Assembly (NCBI GenBank): GCA_965249135.1
Contig: OZ252220.1
Coordinates: forward strand, 288,001 to 352,000
Direction of reading: 5' to 3'
DNA: 64,000 nucleotides
Origin: Alphaproteobacteria bacterium
GTDB lineage: Bacteria; Pseudomonadota; Alphaproteobacteria; GCA-2746255
In this document: one piece after another, positions 61,875-64,000 of the stretch
Layout of the letters: each line of letters starts with the position of its first letter
How positions within the stretch are numbered: position 1 is the first letter of the stretch
The notes under the pieces: model-generated
Database searches by the model: none
What the model was told of the DNA's origin: nothing
Seen by the model: the letters and a program-made list of their open reading frames with translations, nothing else
Made by a program: the position numbers and the translations under genes

Positions 61875-62375
61875 ATGACCTTCGCCACGCAGTCCGCTTT
61901 CGACGTTGCGCTTTGGTTCCTTGATCGGGCCCGGGCCGAAGACAGCTACCTTCCGCCCCAAAAATTACACCGGCTCCTTTTTCTTTCACAGACCTATTAT
62001 GCGGTCGAGCGGGATGGGGCCAAGCTGATGCCCTCGGTTTTTGCAGCCGAGCTCCAGGGACCCGTCGAGCCGAACATGGTGCGTGCCTTCGAGCACGGCC
62101 GTCCGAACGTGGTGCCTGGCGAGCTTTCCACCGACGCGGACGAATTCCTTTACGGTATTTGGCGCCGCTATGGGCACTTGAACGTCGATCATTTAAATCA
62201 ACTCGTTGCCTCCGTTTCCGGTTTTGACCAGATGCTTGCCGCCGGCGAGGGGGAGGAAATCCCGATGAAAACGATTTGCCAAACGCTTAAGGGCAAAAAG
62301 ACGAAACGTCTGGGCCATACCCATAACGGGAAGCCAATCCAGCGCTGGATTCCCGGAGTAAAATCAGCGGATTGA
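61875..62375 (+). CDS. DUF4065 / Panacea (SocA/GepA-like) domain protein
   Basis: SAFDVALWFL..QKLHRLLFLSQ..F.A...GPV..IW..YG. Confidence 0.75.
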   Translation: MTFATQSAFDVALWFLDRARAEDSYLPPQKLHRLLFLSQTYYAVERDGAKLMPSVFAAELQGPVEPNMVRAFEHGRPNVVPGELSTDADEFLYGIWRRYGHLNVDHLNQLVASVSGFDQMLAAGEGEEIPMKTICQTLKGKKTKRLGHTHNGKPIQRWIPGVKSAD

Positions 62376-62501
62376 TACAATCGAGCTTGGCAGAAGAGAA
62401 ACCGGAAAAACCGCCCGGTTGTTTCCGGCCATTATCGAATGGCGTATAGTCGAAGACCGTTCCGGGCAAGGGCTATCGGCTTCCAAAACAGGGTAAGGAA
62501 A

Positions 62502-63965
62502 GTGGTGCGAACGTCCCGGAAACGATCAAACAAAAGCCTTTTGATGGGGTGGGTCGCCGGGGCCGTCGCGTTTGTTTGGATGCGGGATGCGTTGGCGGGC
62601 ACCGTCGAAGGCATCGTTCCCTATAGTGCTCATACCTTCGATGGGGCAACGCTTGGTCTGATCTGGACCGCGCCCTTCGTGGGCATGCTGCTTTCGATCG
62701 CCATCTTTCCCCTTATCCTGCCCCGTTTCTGGCACCATCACTTTGGCAAGGTAAGCGCCTTTTGGGGGCTGGCCTTCCTGGTGCCGCTGGTGATGCAGTA
62801 TGGCGCCACCATCGCGGTGCATGAAGTCGCCCACACCTTCCTCCTGGAATACATCCCTTTCATCATTCTCCTGCTGGCCCTCTTTACGGCGGCGGGCGGC
62901 GTGCGCCTGAGGGGCAACCTCGAAGGCTCGCCGGCGATGAATACGGGCCTGCTTGCCTTCGGCACGGTGATCGCCAGCTGGATGGGAACGACCGGTGCGG
63001 CAATGCTGCTGATCCGGCCCTTGCTCGGGGCGAACGAGTGGCGGAAACACCAGGTGCATACGGTCGTCTTCTTCATCTTCCTGGTGGCGAATATCGGCGG
63101 CTCGCTGACCCCGCTTGGCGATCCGCCGCTTTTTCTGGGCTTTCTGAAAGGAGTCGATTTCTTCTGGCCGACGCAGCACCTGTTGTTGCCGATGCTGCTG
63201 GCGGCGGGCGTCCTGCTCGTCGTTTTCTATTTTCTCGACAGCTACTTCTACCGGCGCGAGCCGGAGGCCCGCGTCGTGCACGAGCACGAACCGCTTCGGA
63301 TCGAAGGCGGGGTCAATATCCTTTGCATCGGCGGTATCCTGGGCGCCGTGCTCCTGAGCGGCGTTTGGGAGTCCGGCGTCAACTTCGACGTCCTCGGCAC
63401 GCCGCTTGAGCTTGAAAATGTCGTCCGCGATCTTCTGCTGTTCGGGATCACCGCCCTTTCCTGGATGCTGACCAGCAAGGAGAGCCGCAAGGCGAACGGC
63501 TTCACGTGGTTTCCGATCATCGAAGTGGCGAAGCTTTTTGCCGGCATTTTTCTCACCATCATTCCGGCGATCGCCATCCTGAAGGCAGGCGCCTCCGGCC
63601 AGCTCAGCCCGCTAATCGAACTCGTAAATACGAGCGACGGGCCAAACAACCCGATGTATTTCTGGATGACGGGCATTCTTTCGAGCTTCCTCGATAACGC
63701 GCCCACCTACCTCGTGTTCTTCAACACGGCAGGCGGCGATGCGCAAGCCTTGATGGGGCCCGGAATGATGACGCTTCTCGCCATCTCGGCCGGGGCCGTC
63801 TTCATGGGGGCGAACACCTATGTCGGCAACGCGCCAAACTTCATGGTGCGCGCCATCGCCGAGGACCGCGGCGTGAAGATGCCAAGCTTCTTCGGCTATA
63901 TGGGCTGGTCGATCGTCTTCCTTATGCCGCTTTTCGCGATCGTGACGGTTGTCTTCCTGCTCTAG
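62502..63965 (+). CDS. Putative Na+/H+ antiporter (ion transporter superfamily)
   Basis: GTTGAAMLLIRP, ANIGGSLTPLGDPPL, SSFLDNAPTY, GNAPNFMV; start uncertain (62502 or 62544). Confidence 0.88.
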   Translation: MVRTSRKRSNKSLLMGWVAGAVAFVWMRDALAGTVEGIVPYSAHTFDGATLGLIWTAPFVGMLLSIAIFPLILPRFWHHHFGKVSAFWGLAFLVPLVMQYGATIAVHEVAHTFLLEYIPFIILLLALFTAAGGVRLRGNLEGSPAMNTGLLAFGTVIASWMGTTGAAMLLIRPLLGANEWRKHQVHTVVFFIFLVANIGGSLTPLGDPPLFLGFLKGVDFFWPTQHLLLPMLLAAGVLLVVFYFLDSYFYRREPEARVVHEHEPLRIEGGVNILCIGGILGAVLLSGVWESGVNFDVLGTPLELENVVRDLLLFGITALSWMLTSKESRKANGFTWFPIIEVAKLFAGIFLTIIPAIAILKAGASGQLSPLIELVNTSDGPNNPMYFWMTGILSSFLDNAPTYLVFFNTAGGDAQALMGPGMMTLLAISAGAVFMGANTYVGNAPNFMVRAIAEDRGVKMPSFFGYMGWSIVFLMPLFAIVTVVFLL

Positions 63966-64000
63966 GGACGAAACGCTTTTCCTAGTGGGACATCAAGAGC

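Overview
GC-rich alphaproteobacterial chromosome segment; gene order and content suggest Rhodospirillales or a relative. The first 25 kb is intact housekeeping DNA: nusB(3' end)-thiL, fliL-like gene, TPP-riboswitch-thiC, hppA, bamE, rpmF-plsX-fabH-ihfA-merR-tRNA-Pro, rplM-rpsI-argC, phaC, and aminotransferase-hom-glpX-recJ-tRNA-Glu. After tRNA-Glu come: a ~2 kb integrase-less islet with nested tRNA-Glu scars; a five-gene stressosome-like operon (RsbR with a FixL-type heme-PAS domain, RsbS, RsbT, kinase-phosphatase fusion, GGDEF-EAL output); three tandem two-module pentapeptide-repeat genes (middle one a pseudogene); a cobalamin-riboswitch btuBFCD-tonB operon; and a full Tad/Cpa pilus locus with several frameshift or nonsense lesions. 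The best candidate for a little-described system is the putative O2-sensing stressosome coupled to c-di-GMP. Gene lesions cluster in accessory and surface genes while core genes are intact. All family assignments are from motif recognition by eye; no database search was run.
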